Positions 23,095-36,973 of a stretch of 64,000 nt of DNA are shown piece after piece; the stretch's first letter is position 1; each line of letters starts with the position of its first letter. A model generated the notes under the pieces. That model ran no database searches. It was not told the origin of the DNA and saw nothing but the letters and a program-made list of their open reading frames with translations. The position numbers and the translations under genes were made by a program. The DNA lies in assembly GCF_023055435.1 (NCBI RefSeq), contig NW_025964372.1, positions 46,438,001 through 46,502,000 on the forward strand, in the 5' to 3' direction. This DNA is from Haliotis rufescens. Its lineage: Eukaryota.

Positions 23095-24350
23095 GAACTG
23101 ATATCTTCGATTGTTTAAAAGATATCAATAATGTTTTCAAGACATCAAATTACAATTAAAGATATCTTGAATTCATTTCTGATATCCAAAATACAGTAAC
23201 TGATATTTTAAAATGTTACTGTGATATCAACAAAATATTTCGTGATACCTCTAAATGTATTTATGATATAATTAATCAAGTACCACCCTGCACATAATGA
23301 TATTAGAAATAAATTCAAGATATCTTGAAATAAGTTATACATATCCTAAAATGCATTACAGATACCATTTACTCGTTTTAGATATATTTAATTCAATTTG
23401 AGATATCTTTAATTCAATTAAAGATATCATTATTTTTTAAGGTTATTGAACATTAAAATCAGATTAAAGATATTATCAATAATTGTGTTGATATCTTTAT
23501 ACCAATAGTTGATATATGTAATATAATTTAGGTAACATGAAGGAAAAGCAAAAGAATTAACCCGGCCGCAAAAAGTGAGGGAAATGATTAACAGATATCT
23601 TCAAATACTTCCGGCCTGGCTTCATATCCGTAAATTCTTATCGTTCCAAAATAGCGGCAAACCATGCCAAACTTGTACAAGAACTAGTATCAACAGCAAG
23701 TCAAGCAATTCGCAGAGGAATTGAGGGGAGTGACTATGACAGCAGTGATACATTTTAAAACACTTCTCCCTTGAAAGTACCAAGAGTACTTAACAGACGG
23801 AAGAATTTGAAACTTTCTATAAATATTAATCTATTAATAATGGCAACAATTGAATACATCAATAATTAATTATTGATATCTGTATTTAGTTTCAATATAT
23901 CAAGAACTGAATTACTGATATCATAACAAAACATGACTTTTTGATATCTTTAAATCACATTTTGTTATTAATCTAATTTAAGATATCAGCCATTCAAGAT
24001 ATCAGTAACAAGCTTCACCATAACCTTAATGTGTTTTGTGATATCTTATCATTTATTGAAGATATCTACAATTATCATATAATGGGTAGGTTTCTCGGCA
24101 GGATAAAGCCAATGGTTAAAAACGAAATCCGTTGGGGTCATATGCGGATAGAGGTGCAAATATCAAAGGTCAAGTAGGGACTACTTTCACTGTTTGAAAA
24201 CAAACATGGCGTCGCCCTTGTCATTCGGCGATCGAGTCAGAATTAACCATCGAGAATCTGGATAAACTACAGAGATAATTGCAATCATTATCAAAAGAAC
24301 GGTCTAATACAATTGTGTTCAATTCAATTCAAGATATCAGTAATTCCGTA
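23095..24350. repeat. Degenerate AT-rich array of GATATC-centred ~21-22-bp units, probably internal repeats of a non-autonomous DNA element
   Basis: Dozens of (A/T)GATAT(C/T) cores at near-regular spacing in ~23095-23520 and ~23870-24070. Confidence 0.7.
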
Positions 24351-24499
24351 ATAGATGTGACAACGGCTTGACATAAGGTAGTTCACAGGTAGAATGCTTC
24401 TGGAATCCCAGAAAATCGAACCCTATCTTGAAAGCTGGTGAAACAGGCGGTCACAAATCGCTCAAACCAATTCAGCTGGGTCTGTTTCAAACCGAAGTA

Positions 24500-24860
24500 A
24501 AATCACAAGAGATGATTGCTGAAACCTCATTGTCATTCCCAATTCATTCGTCAGAATATTCTCAACTCTCTCATGAGAGTTGTCTTCTGTGTTGGCTATG
24601 TGACGTGTGGTGAGTCATCGGTCATCCATAATCAGATCATGTACTTCATAAAAAAATTCCTCAGTGTCTTAAGGATCTTGGATCATCTTCGAAGCTCTCT
24701 TCCATTCCTGAAATCTGCTGCCCACCTCTTAACAGTGGCACAGGCATGAGCATCTTCTCCTAAAGTTGACAACCATGTCAGCATGGATGTCTGTTGGAGA
24801 TTGCTTTTTCAGTTTGAGATGAAAATTGTGATAGCCCCTTATTTTTATCACTTCCATCAA
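24500..24860 (-). mobile_element. Mariner transposase N-terminal (HTH) fragment
   Basis: SPTDIHADMV..TLGEDAHACATVKRWAADFRNGR...EDDPRS...VHDLIMDDR*LTTRHIAN...RVENILTNELGM. Confidence 0.8.
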
Positions 24861-26925
24861 CAGCGATGCCTCAGTTTAATGCCTCCAAAAATAGGCTATC
24901 TGGTTGTGTATTTGGCTCAAACATGGAGCGTATGGAACGTATTGAACGTATAACATAGAAATTGTGAAGGGTGCACCCCATACATCTTTCATATTTAGGC
25001 TCAGACATCTTCTGCAATCCTTTGCATATCCTGACAATGAAGCCCTTGAAATCAGCCAAATTATTAGTTCTACTACTACCTCAAGGATCTGAAAAATGTA
25101 TTTGTAGCTTTGGGAAACGTTCTGCGCAACATTCCGGCCACGTTATATGTATGCACGTTGTTTTTTGTCCTATATGTTTTACTCTTTATACAATTATTCC
25201 CCCATAGCCTTTCTTTGTTTGTATCGCGATTACTGCCCAGTGTCTGCTCTTTCCACAGATACCACACTGTTAAGGCTTTTGACATTGGTCTTGAAGCGTA
25301 AAGGGCTATTGATAAACAGTTACAAGTCACCAACATTACTTAAAGTTCCAAATGCCAACCAAACTAACCTTGCGTTACCGGCTGATTTTGGTCTTGGCGT
25401 TTGCGACGTTTTATTTCATCCCAGACAGGTTGCATGAGTGAGAGGTGAGTGAGTGAGAACAACAGGTGGACATGGCAGTACAGCAATGCTATGCTGCCTC
25501 AAAAAGTCACGAGCAACATGGGGATGGGCATTATCCTGCTGCAATGTGACATTTGCACAAAGGGTAGAAGGTACGCCATTCAAACTGCCAGTTTGTTATT
25601 CCATGAGTTGTTATGCATTGATTTTCTGCAAGCCATTGATTTTGCGTAAATAATTTTTACGGTTAAACAAAGGTGTTTCATAAGAAATCTCTGCTAAATG
25701 CAGGGACCATTGTTCAGTTCTGACGAGATCATGAGCATGTGCTTATGAATCACTATCAAATAATGATGATGCCAGGTATTCGCAAAAAGGTGAGCGTATC
25801 CTGCCCCGTCCATGGCACAGCTAGTCACAAATGCATGCAAAGGGAAGTCAATTGTTCACCTGGAAAACAGGGAACATGTGGAAAGCAAGATAGGGAATTG
25901 CATCTGACATCAATTTTGGCACCACACGACTATCATAAAGCGTTTTGAAAGCCTTGCCAAGGCCTAGAATGGTGTCACCTTGATCAAACAACATTTGAAG
26001 AGTCGTTGGACACACTTTGAAATCTTCATACACAGAGCATGCTTGATTGTACCTCAGACGTTGTCAAATGTAGACACAAAAGGGTGGAATGTCATAAAAG
26101 GAAATTTAACTTTCAATTCATCCCACTTAGACAGTATTTTGGACAGCTTTTTGTCACTCTGGATCTTTATGGATGTAACTAAACATGAAAGAGATGAGGC
26201 AGTTTCGCTGGTGTCCTTTGTTACCAGTGCATATGCGTAAATAAGTGGAAGTGAATTGGCTGTCTGACCGTTTTTGAAAGATCATATCCGATCATTATTC
26301 CATGTTTGATTTAAGAGACACAATGAAACGTGAGCGTGCCCCAGATGCTTAGAATGTTGTTCATGTTGTCAATCACTGGTTTGACTTGTCCAGACTAGAC
26401 TATTTACAGGACGTTTATAGTATAACTGGAATTATGCTGGTTGTGTGGTGAACAACAGTCCCTATTTCATCACGTCAATTCAATAATAAGGAATGCCGTA
26501 CATAGCTTTAATGTAACTTTCCAATAGAGGAACACAACATACTGACTATAAGCCCACGTGTCAAATAATAACATTGCAGTTAACAATAGAGTCTCACACA
26601 CATGACTGAAGAATCCCACATTTGAAAATCCAATTACACATTCAAAATTCAGGAATTGATATCCGGCCGAATTCCTTCCTATGCAACAAACAACACAGGG
26701 ACATCAGTGCCAGAAGCAGGAACAACCCGAAGAAAACGTGATGTGGGCGGCGGACGTCTGGGACAGACTTCACATGGAGACTTTCAGCGTTGTTCGTCTT
26801 AACATTGTCGTTCGCTGTACACCCGTCTGAAATAGGAAACCGTTATTGCGGACATTGAGTGTGGCCATGGTGGTGATGATAACACAGTGTGGGGTTCGGA
26901 CGTCGAGCTCCGGACGAGTTCCTTC

Positions 26926-28053
26926 TTACACACAAAACACCAGCAGGGACATCAGTGCCAGAAGCAGGAATACCCCGAACAAAACGTGGTCTGCGCGGCG
27001 GACCTTTGACGCAGACTTCACATACGAACGTTCAGTGATTTTCGTGTTTACGAGGTCGTGTTCTGGCTGTACAACTGTCTTGGTCTGAAATAGGTGACCG
27101 TTATTGCGGACGTTGAGTGTGGCCATGGTGGTGATGATAGCCAGGCAGCTCTGACAGAGGATGAGGGTCAGGTACACAGACAGTCCACACACGTCTCCAG
27201 ACTTGGGGATCGAGTCGTTGACGAAGTTCATGAACACTGCATAGGACACAAATATTGAGATGAGGTAGGACATCTTCTCTCCGGAGTCAGCTGGTAGGAG
27301 GAACACACAGGCGTTGAGCAGAGAGAGAAGAGCCATAGGAAAGATGATACTAACTATATAGAACATGCTCTTGCGTTTCAAAAAGAACTCAAACGATACC
27401 AGACTTGATATCTGTTTCATTTGGACGTCTACATTCTTGGCAAGTATGTCAACCAACTCCCATTCATTGTTCTCAATAAAGAAAGAAGGTAATCCTGTAA
27501 TAATAGAACCGGTGCTGGCAACTCCAAGATCGAAAGTATTTACAGGCGTGAACAGGATGCTACAACGCTGCTGATCAAACGGGTACCGAGTGATGTCTAT
27601 TTGACAACTGGTCTTTAAACTCTCAAGGAATTGAAGTGATGCAATTCCTTTACTGGATATCTTTGGAGATTGTTCTGAAGCCAAGGTAGCGCTGTCGATA
27701 CCGTTAGGGATAGCAATGGTCGGTATCCATACAAACTTCTCAGAGACGGTCACTTCCGTAATATTATCATAATCAGTTTTGTTCCAAGCCAGATTTGGGT
27801 CGAGCCACGTCATGCGGATACCAGCACTGAAAGTGAATATCTGCTCGGCAGCATTGAGATTGGAGATGGACATCAGCAACATACTTATGTTGACCTGTTT
27901 GTCATCGGAGAGATCAACACTGATGCCATAAGCATCAGTTTCCCCTTGGAGATATGCCTTCAGTCTTCCTAATGTCGACTCAGCGCTATCACATATACTG
28001 GCGATTGATACTATGACGACTAAGTTAAGGATTTTAGCCGGCATGTAAAACAT
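26926..28053 (-). CDS. Intronless Cys-loop channel subunit, type A copy 2, 375 aa
   Basis: Colinear paralogue of 1204-2331 with all motifs intact. Confidence 0.95.
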   Translation of the reverse strand: MFYMPAKILNLVVIVSIASICDSAESTLGRLKAYLQGETDAYGISVDLSDDKQVNISMLLMSISNLNAAEQIFTFSAGIRMTWLDPNLAWNKTDYDNITEVTVSEKFVWIPTIAIPNGIDSATLASEQSPKISSKGIASLQFLESLKTSCQIDITRYPFDQQRCSILFTPVNTFDLGVASTGSIITGLPSFFIENNEWELVDILAKNVDVQMKQISSLVSFEFFLKRKSMFYIVSIIFPMALLSLLNACVFLLPADSGEKMSYLISIFVSYAVFMNFVNDSIPKSGDVCGLSVYLTLILCQSCLAIITTMATLNVRNNGHLFQTKTVVQPEHDLVNTKITERSYVKSASKVRRADHVLFGVFLLLALMSLLVFCV

Positions 28054-31000
28054 GATTTCAGTGTTCAGTGGTGATGTTCAAAATGACAGATATTGTCAGG
28101 CAGGTGTTCTAATTTTGCTTAAATTGTGACAATGGACCTGTGAACTGGAATACGAGTCAACACGTATCACGCAATCAATAATGCTAGGCGCCTTGCGCAC
28201 ACCCATTAGGGAAAATGTAAGCGCTTTATAAACAGATTGATATTAATGATTCAATAGTAATAACTGTCCCCACCTTCATTGGACAAAGCAGTATCTCTTT
28301 ATAGCACCTACTGCAGTTACGTACAAATAATGGAGGTGGTAATGACAACAGAATGCTCAGTAATCAGTGTTTCCAAAGCGCCGTTAATATACTTTTAGTG
28401 ACAAGTACTGTATGTTTCTTTGCTTTCTGCAATATGAGTAGACCGGAAACATTTAAATGCGTCATGTCCCTGGAATGTATGTGCAACGTAAATACGCATT
28501 AATGTATTGCCAACGAATTGATTAATGCCATTGCCTGAGAATATATGTGGCATGCACTTCAATTTGTGCAAAGGAATTACACAGACAAAGCATTTAAATG
28601 AACCTGGTGCTGGCACGGACGTTACTACACTTACATACGATTAAATATGAAATTAAAGCTGGGGTTAATACAGAGTGAGTGAGTAAGTTAATATTTAACG
28701 TAACAGCGGCAATATTTCAGCTATATTATGACGAGAAGTTATTCATTAAGAATACATATATTAAGACTAAATAAAAACCTGTCATCGATGGACAGTAAAT
28801 AACTAGAATATCACAGATTAATACTTAAGACTAGCTTACAACCATAAAAAGATATCACTATATTCCACAATACAATATGAAAAAGGGCTGTAGATCGCCA
28901 GCAACTGAAGGTAGATCACCATACCCGGGGGGACTGGTTGCGAATACCAGGTATCATAACTATTTGTTAGTGATTCATTAAGAAACGCTCAAGATATAGT
29001 CGGAATTTTTCAATCCAATCTGCTTTATGCAGAGATTTCTATTGGATATTGAAAGCATTTTGTCGCTTTATTTACAGTACCTTTGCTACATGCATGGATT
29101 TACATCATGCCTTCAGCGGCTGGCGTTTGTATGTAATGTTACCCACAATTGAAATTACAAATATTCTACGCTTAAAGGAATAGTAAGCAAAATATTCTTA
29201 TGAGACGAACAAACGTTATCCTCTCAGGGGAACAATAATTTTACACTACTTCAACCCCCTTCGAGGAAATAGCCACTTACAAACTCAGATAGAAATTCAT
29301 TATACCAATTTTAAAGGTCTTTTATTTCTTACAAAACATATGATCAAAATGTATTATACAATTCTTTTTCCTTTAAAAAACAAATAATTAAAAGAGAACT
29401 AATATTTTTAAAAATATCCTTTGAAATAATTATCACTTGTGATGGAAAAATCCAACACAGTTAAGCAGGACATGCTTGATAGGGTGGTTCTCTCATCTTG
29501 GGTTAATGATCAGTGTTGTTTTACAATCACAAGAGGTGTTACAGATTTGTTGAGTGCTGCTTTTGCACAGTTCGTTGAGGAAGAATTTTTAGCCACAGTT
29601 TAACCAAGTTTTTTCGCAATATCAGATTTATCCGTTAGTGGTACATCCTCATTCTTGAAATGGTGGATGCTGGAATTGGAACTCTTACCTTGTATTTTTC
29701 TGAATCATGTTCCATACATTAGACATGGTAAGTATATTTTTAGACATCAGTTTGCCAAGACGTTGGCGTTTATTTACAATATAGGTAAAAATAAAAGAAA
29801 TGACGGTATTAAAATTATGGATCATGGGGATGGCAACGGAAATCGTGTTCAGCCATTTTCCGTGCCTTCCTTGCTTGTTTGTTTGTAGTCATTGTGGTTT
29901 GTGGATGTGTAGAATTGCAGAGGACTTTGGAATACATTCATCAGCAATTTTGCAAAGTTCATCAGAGAGTATTCGGACATGATCAGGAACGGTTGATAAA
30001 CAAATCAGGTGTTAATTTTGGTGTGTGGGAGTGACGTCCATCTCCAGGGGCTGAAACGGATTTATGAACCTCAACAGATGTTCAACAGGAGAAGGCACCG
30101 CCAAGTGTTGGAGTGTCCTGGCTTTTCTCCTCATCTGCTTTTTAGCCTGTTTTGATAAATGGGCTTCAGCCTGAAATATTTCTATTTCGGTTACAGGGTT
30201 TGGTTCTGGTTCTAAGTGGTGATATTTGATCAGAAGGTATTGATTGAAAGTTTTGTTTGGGTGGCAGATGTCGGTATCATTGGAGAGTTTTGAGAAGTCT
30301 GAATGGTGTCATTGATGGTAATTTGTCATTCTTCAACCAAGAGATAGAAGAGAGATGGTATTGTATGGAGACCATAGTTACTTTGGTTACTGAAACTGGT
30401 GAAGAAGAGACGACAGCTGAATAGCTTTTAGAAGGTGTTTGGGACGGAATGAGCAACTGTTTTGCCACGGTGTAAGAGTGAGTGAGTATGGTTTTACGCC
30501 GCTTTTAGCAATATTCCAGCAATATCACGACGGGGGACACCAGAAATGGGCTTCACACATTGTACCCATGTCGGGAATCGAACCCAGGTCCTCGGCGTGA
30601 TGAGCGAACGCTTTAACCACTAGGCTACCCGACCGCCCCCTTCTGGCAGAGAACTTCATCAAGATTATTATATAATATTCTGATAAAAAAATAGTTTGAT
30701 ATGATATGATATTTCGAAAGTATCAAGTATTCCATGCACAGGGCATGGAGTGACCAGCCGATTGATAGAATCGGGCCAATTCAACTACACATCGAGGTAT
30801 AGTAAGGATCAAAGTAGTGTGTGGGGCAAAGGGGACAGCTGTTCCTGGCTCCAGTGCCGGTAACAACTGGAATCACGTTCTCTATCGACACAGGGGCGCA
30901 ACCCACGGCAAACAGGTTGCCGAATTCGGTCGCCTCTTACGACCAGCAATGGGGTGCTGAGGACATATTCTACCCCGGGGCCTCACGTGGGCTTTTTTGC

Positions 31001-32687
31001 AGATATTCGTGCTGAGAAACATACATTTGATTTCTCAACTTTTCAGATGAACATGACATGAATACGAACATTAAACGTTCGGTAGTACAACGGGATGAAG
31101 TAGGTGAAGGTATAACTACATGCCAGGTAACCTTTACTGAGTGCCTTGCAAATCAGAATGAGGAATACTCACAGAAGACAAATATCAGATATTTAATCAG
31201 TCGGAAACTCAAGAGAATCTCTTTGATATAGCTTCGGAAACATTTAAGAACACGCTGATCCGCTCTAAACTTGATTGTGGCTCCATCATCTAAAGTGGGA
31301 CTTGTAAAACCAATTTAAAATCACTTAATACGATTCACCATCAAGGCCTGAGGCTTTGCCCTTGAGCCTTCAGATCTTCGCCAATTAATAGTTTGTATGT
31401 GGGAGCGGATGAACCATCCGTTAAACACCGTCGCATCAGATAATCTTTGCAGTATATCTATGAATTACGTTCTACTTGCTCGAATCCAGCATGTCACTGT
31501 GTTTTTCATCTGCGGCTAAAATAAATCTTGACAATATAGCCCCCACTCATCTGTTGTCTTCTCCACAATGGCATTTAGTAAACCAGAGGTGGATCTAACA
31601 TTAACTGAACTAAGGCATTTTGAAACAAATCAACTAATTTATCAACGAGAATATAATCAATAAAAAGCTTTTACAATACCTACAAATCTTTACATATAGA
31701 TCCAAGGATGTTGACAAACAATTTACATATATTTTCCGACTCTCTTTCCTGTCTTCATGCAATTAAAAATCAGTCTTCCAAACATCGACTTTTAATCGAA
31801 ATTCTTGAATGAAATAATTAATGTGCCACTGGCCAATACGGCATCATTGATTTTTCCATCACAAGGGATACGTATTTAAAATCTTCATCTATTAAGGGTC
31901 TTTATAACAGTATTAGTTCTCATTTGTTTATTGGGTTTTTAATGTATGTAGGAACACATAATTCAAAGTACATTTATTCATACCTCAGTTTTAAACGTAT
32001 TATATTTGTTTTATAGTCCCCACGGTCCCTAGAATGGTGCGTAACTTTAGTTGCTGGTGATCTATAACCCATTTATATATTGTATTGTTGAATTCATTCT
32101 TTCATATGCTCTCAGTTAGTTTAAAATCAATCGAAACTGTGTTCCTCTAGTTATTATACTTCCATCGCTAACAGGTTTCATTCAAGCTGAAAATATCTGT
32201 ATTTTAAATGGCTACGTTCTCGTTACGACATGGCTAAAATACTGCCGACGTGACGTTAAATTTCGACTCACTCACTTCCTCACTCTTTTTATAGAACTTA
32301 TATTCTGGTAACAAATTGTCCTACGGCTACCTTTTCGCAATACCTGTCTTCACCTTTAGAATAACAAAATATACATAGCGATATGATTAGGCATTAAAAT
32401 TGATGCTGTCTTCAACAAAGAGACTGTGTTCATAAGACAGGGGGTAAGTCATTCCTCATTTTAATACTTGTTAAGTTTGTTGAAACAAAATGTTTCAACA
32501 CAATCTGCTGTGAAATATCAGGTCATATCTAATCTTGACATCTGCTAAAATGTTGACAATAAAGGAATTCGTCACGTAGCAAATTGTGAAGGTCTCCAAT
32601 AGATAAAACTTATAAACCAAGCAGATGGCTCTTTTTATACTGCGCCCCTCCTACGTTTGGATTGCAGCTCAATCGCACCACAATATA

Positions 32688-33917
32688 TACTGAACAACAG
32701 TGACATTGAATAAGATTTAATGCAAAGTTATGTTTTTAACCAAGTCTGAAACAATTTCGGTTTGCAACAGATAAAAGACTCCTGTAAGTGTTCAAATGGT
32801 TTCATTTGCCATACTGACTTCAGAAAATGCGTGATTTCATAACAAAAACATGAACATGCCAAAATGTCAATTTACAAATCAATAGCTGTGCTGTGCTTTG
32901 GGATATCTGTCCATATCCGCTGTTCCTGGAGTGTCTGTGGAACACGTGGTTGACGTCGAAGGCGCCGATCCATCCCATCCGACATGTGCTCGGTTGGTGA
33001 GAGATCAGGGGAGCGAGCCGGCCAGGGGATGACGTTCACGTTGTTTTGTTGATGAGAATCCTGAACAAGTCGAGAAATATGAGGCCGGGCGTTGTCATGA
33101 CACAATGATTGACGTAGCGTTCACCTCGACGTCAGTACACTCGAATCCGTCCATCGCTGTGGCTGAGGTGAAAACGAGACTTGTCAGTGAATAGAACTTG
33201 TCCCCACTGCATTGCCGTCTAGCGTAGACGCTGTCTGCACCACTGTAGACGTGCTTGACGGTGGTTTCCTGTCGAAATGGGACGTCTGGCAGGTCTTCTG
33301 GCGACAATCCCTGCACATCTGCGACGACGACGTACAATTTGTGAAGATATTCGTCGAAGGCCAGGGCTGCTTCTTGCACTCACTGTTGCTGGCTGGAATC
33401 GATTTCGTAGGTGTGTTGTTCGAATCCAGTTGTCTTGTCGATTATTGGTTACGCGTGGCCTCCTACTCCGAGGATGGTCTCTGACTGCATTCGTCTGTTG
33501 CCATCGTTGCCATAAACACCAAATGGTGTTTCTGTGGACGTTACATTGTCTTGCAACATCACGTTGACTCGATCCTGCTTCAAGCATACCAATGGCTCGC
33601 AGACGCTCATTTTCGGACAGGCGTGGCGTTTCGTAATGTTGAATAATTGCGTAATCTGGTTGTTTTTCTGAGTGGTTGTTGTCAGCACGATGCTTAATAA
33701 TGCATATGGAATCCCGTTAACGCACATCTATTTATACCCATTCTTGGGTAGTGAAATGCATGGGGCTTGCATAAAAGTCAACTTTTGCATGGAATGCATG
33801 CTTTTCTGTAGCAGTTGCGTTTTTGTGACTTCCATACATGTACTACAATATTGAAAACCAAACTTGTTTGAAAAAACACTAAAATATTAGTGTCACAGGA
33901 ACTTTTGTTGTTGAGTA
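32688..33917 (-). mobile_element. Tc1 transposon relic (paralogous insertion)
   Basis: Same flanks as 8731-9806; retains WPARSPDLSPTEH. Confidence 0.88.
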
Positions 33918-34200
33918 TATAATATAGTGCAAAGGTGACACCTTAGAAAACATTAGGATGGGAGGGAACAGCAATGAAACTAAAAAAGCACACGGGATAA
34001 CTCTACCGGCAGTGAAACTTAATTTCTTTGAAATGGTGATCATTTGTGATTTATATGGGCTACAATTAATCTATCCCACATTGAATTACAAATAAAAGCA
34101 ACAATACTCATTCCATATCCGTAAGAAATCTCGCCAAAAAGCAGAGTCGATTCTGACAAAATCCCGATCACATGTTAATAAATCACAATCAAATAGTTAA

Positions 34201-36105
34201 AGGGGCACTGATCTAAAACAATACCCCGGGACTGGTTGTTGCCTTTGTTATTGTTCTTTCCCGTGAGTACCGCATGATATAGCAGAGACCTAGACTAGTT
34301 CGCAACCTGTGCTGCGCATTTGTCACTTTTATTGATAGTATAAGGGCGTATGGTCACATTGATCAACAAAATGAAATACAGTTTTGGAAATAATAAGGAA
34401 ATGTAGGTATCGTTGTGGGTAGCATCGGTAATGGTGACGAAGTTTTGATAAGTCACTTGCTTGGTAATTGTGCGATTTTCGTTTACACTACTTTGACTTG
34501 CTACACAAAGTAAATATTTCTCCTGAGCATTGCTTATTTTATTGTGTTTATATTTTTACAGTCAAAATGTGCAAAATTTTACACTTAGGAAATTTGTTAA
34601 ACGCCTGAATATTCAGTTATTTTACAAATTGACTGAAAAATATGTCCATCTGTATTATTATGACAACGAATTCCAAACATTTTAATGTTTAATATGATCA
34701 CCAAGAGACTGAAAAGTTACGATGAAAAATACATTTCTATATTGTTTGGCTTCTAATCCAACATAATAATATATTGTGATGTTTTTAGGCCCTATTGATC
34801 GTCTTAATTAATTTTGGTCAATCTGTTAAAGAAATGGACAGATTTTTCAGTCGAAATGACTTAAATATTCACACATTTTATAAATTGCCTGAGAGAATCA
34901 CATTTTGCAACTTGACTGTAATATACAAAGGAAAAGACTTGTGAAAACAACGTCTATCGCGCATCGAAGAATTTCCCAACCAAGACGTAGAGGAACAAGA
35001 ATGTACAAAGAAACGTTATCGATGTCACGTGTCTCTGTAACAATCAAATATTTTAAAATATATACATCGTTTCGGGATATTATAACCTGTGTTCGTTTCT
35101 GATCACTTAGATTGTTTCAGGTGTTTCACATAGGTGTCAAGTCTCATAGGTCGGCTTAGAAAGCCCACGTGACAACTATTTTCATAACGTCCACGGTTCC
35201 TAAAGAAAATTCCATTGAGTTAGATAACAATGAGCAATTAATCAACGTAGTGTCGGTTAACCCTTTGAACAAAGTATGTTGTTTTTACATCGGCACTTCA
35301 CGCAAGGATATGAGAATATTCCCTTTGTTTTAGTAAACCCAGACATGTAAATACTCACTTTTGACACTATCCACCGTGCAAGATAACAGTGGTTAATCAA
35401 TCAATGTATTTTCTGTTAATCCTTTGATGACTACGAACGATCCGCTGATTTACAAAAAAAGTAAATCAACTGATCATTCATCTCTTGCTGGGGTGCCACG
35501 TGCATATTTACATAACACACATTTCACCTCACTTCAAACCTGGATTTAGATTGAATAATTACCCCAGACACTATAAATGCCAAATGGGAAGCTTCCTCAG
35601 GTATTCGGAGTGATGCTACCACTAATTATACCTGTAATAAATTCATTAACTGAGCATCAAGTGAATGACGACAAATACGCAAGTGTAGGGTTATACCAGA
35701 AAACGTGGATGACAACAAGGGAGTAGTAATGGTATTATCGACGCAATCCGAAATCCGAAAATGCTTTCACTGCATTGATCCTTTTTTTAAACGATAACAA
35801 ATCAAGGGTGTTTCCAAATGGCGACAACCGATGATCTCCGCCGTTCTTTTTGTCTGTTTGTTTAGGCTGAAGAAATTAATAAACATGCGCCTTTGTCGAA
35901 ATCTTTATAGATCACAGTTAACCAATCAGTGTCCAAAATGGGTAAAACAAATATTGCCTCCAAGTTTATTTTGCTGTCCTTGCAGACGGTAGCCCAGTCT
36001 CTTGTCACGTTCAGTTGCGTTGCGTATCATCCGGGTGCTTACGGGGAAAAAACAATAACAAAGGCAACAACCAGTCCCGGGGAATTGCTTTAGATCAGTG
36101 CCCCT
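34201..36105. mobile_element. Kolobok-like TIR element (paralogous insertion)
   Basis: Same TIRs, TTAA and flanks; ~175 bp longer internally. Confidence 0.85.
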
Positions 36106-36973
36106 TTAAAGTACAAGTGTTCGCAAAAAGGTAAGCGTGTCGCGCGCCCGCCACAAACACATGCAAGTCAAATCAACTGTTCACAAGAAAACACACAGGA
36201 ACATGTTGCACAACACCATAAAGATAATTGCATCGGACATCATGTTTACTCATTGATGCGTCAAATTTGGAAATGTCCACATGTGACGTGATACAAACAA
36301 GAAGTACGAATAACTTTATTTAAAAAACAGAAACAGACATGGAAGAAAAGGGAATATTTGTATAAATGCTAAATGAGCTAAATTTGTAGTCCTCTGGTAT
36401 TCTGTACTCATAGACCATCTAACGTTAACGTACATGAATCTCAAATTGGATAATCCAATAAATAGCCAGGATGTAGCTACATTTATTTTCTCTTTTGATC
36501 ACAAAGCCTACCGCTGGTACATGAAAATCCGAAAACCAAATGTTTGGCCAAGATAAAATTACAATCGTTTTGTGTGTGTTTTCATGTCATGGCGGATTTG
36601 ATTATTTGCAGGTTATTAATGGTTTTGAATAGTGATGACAGTACTGCTAATCAAACTTTCTAATTTCCCAAATCATTTTAAACAACATAGTACTCACTGT
36701 AAGCACATGGTTCAGAAAGTCACATTGAAGGCAACAAGAGAGTCACACTAGCCTACACACATGCCACTGATCATAGAGTAAATAATTACTGAAGGAATCG
36801 ACGTGTCACATTAAATCACTGCAAATCCACGTTTGAAAAGCTTATCACAACGGAGGCATTCCCTAACACAGTGGGGGGGGATCGGACGTCGAGCTCCGGA
36901 CGAGTTCCTTCTTATACCCCAAACACCAGCACGGACATCATGATCAGTGCCAGGGCTCCAGACAAATGTCGCC

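Noticed and set aside
23095-24070. CRISPR-like array
   Set aside because: Units are degenerate with no constant repeat and unique spacer structure; eukaryotic context; no cas genes.
25215-25285. Zinc-knuckle-like CGICGKSRHW on the minus strand
   Set aside because: Too short, preceded by a stop and lacking the final Cys; at most a gag crumb.
26655-26925. Stop-codon readthrough giving A2 a second TM4
   Set aside because: The relic starts in frame but a 4-nt deletion shifts the frame before TM4; in A1 it is out of frame from the start.
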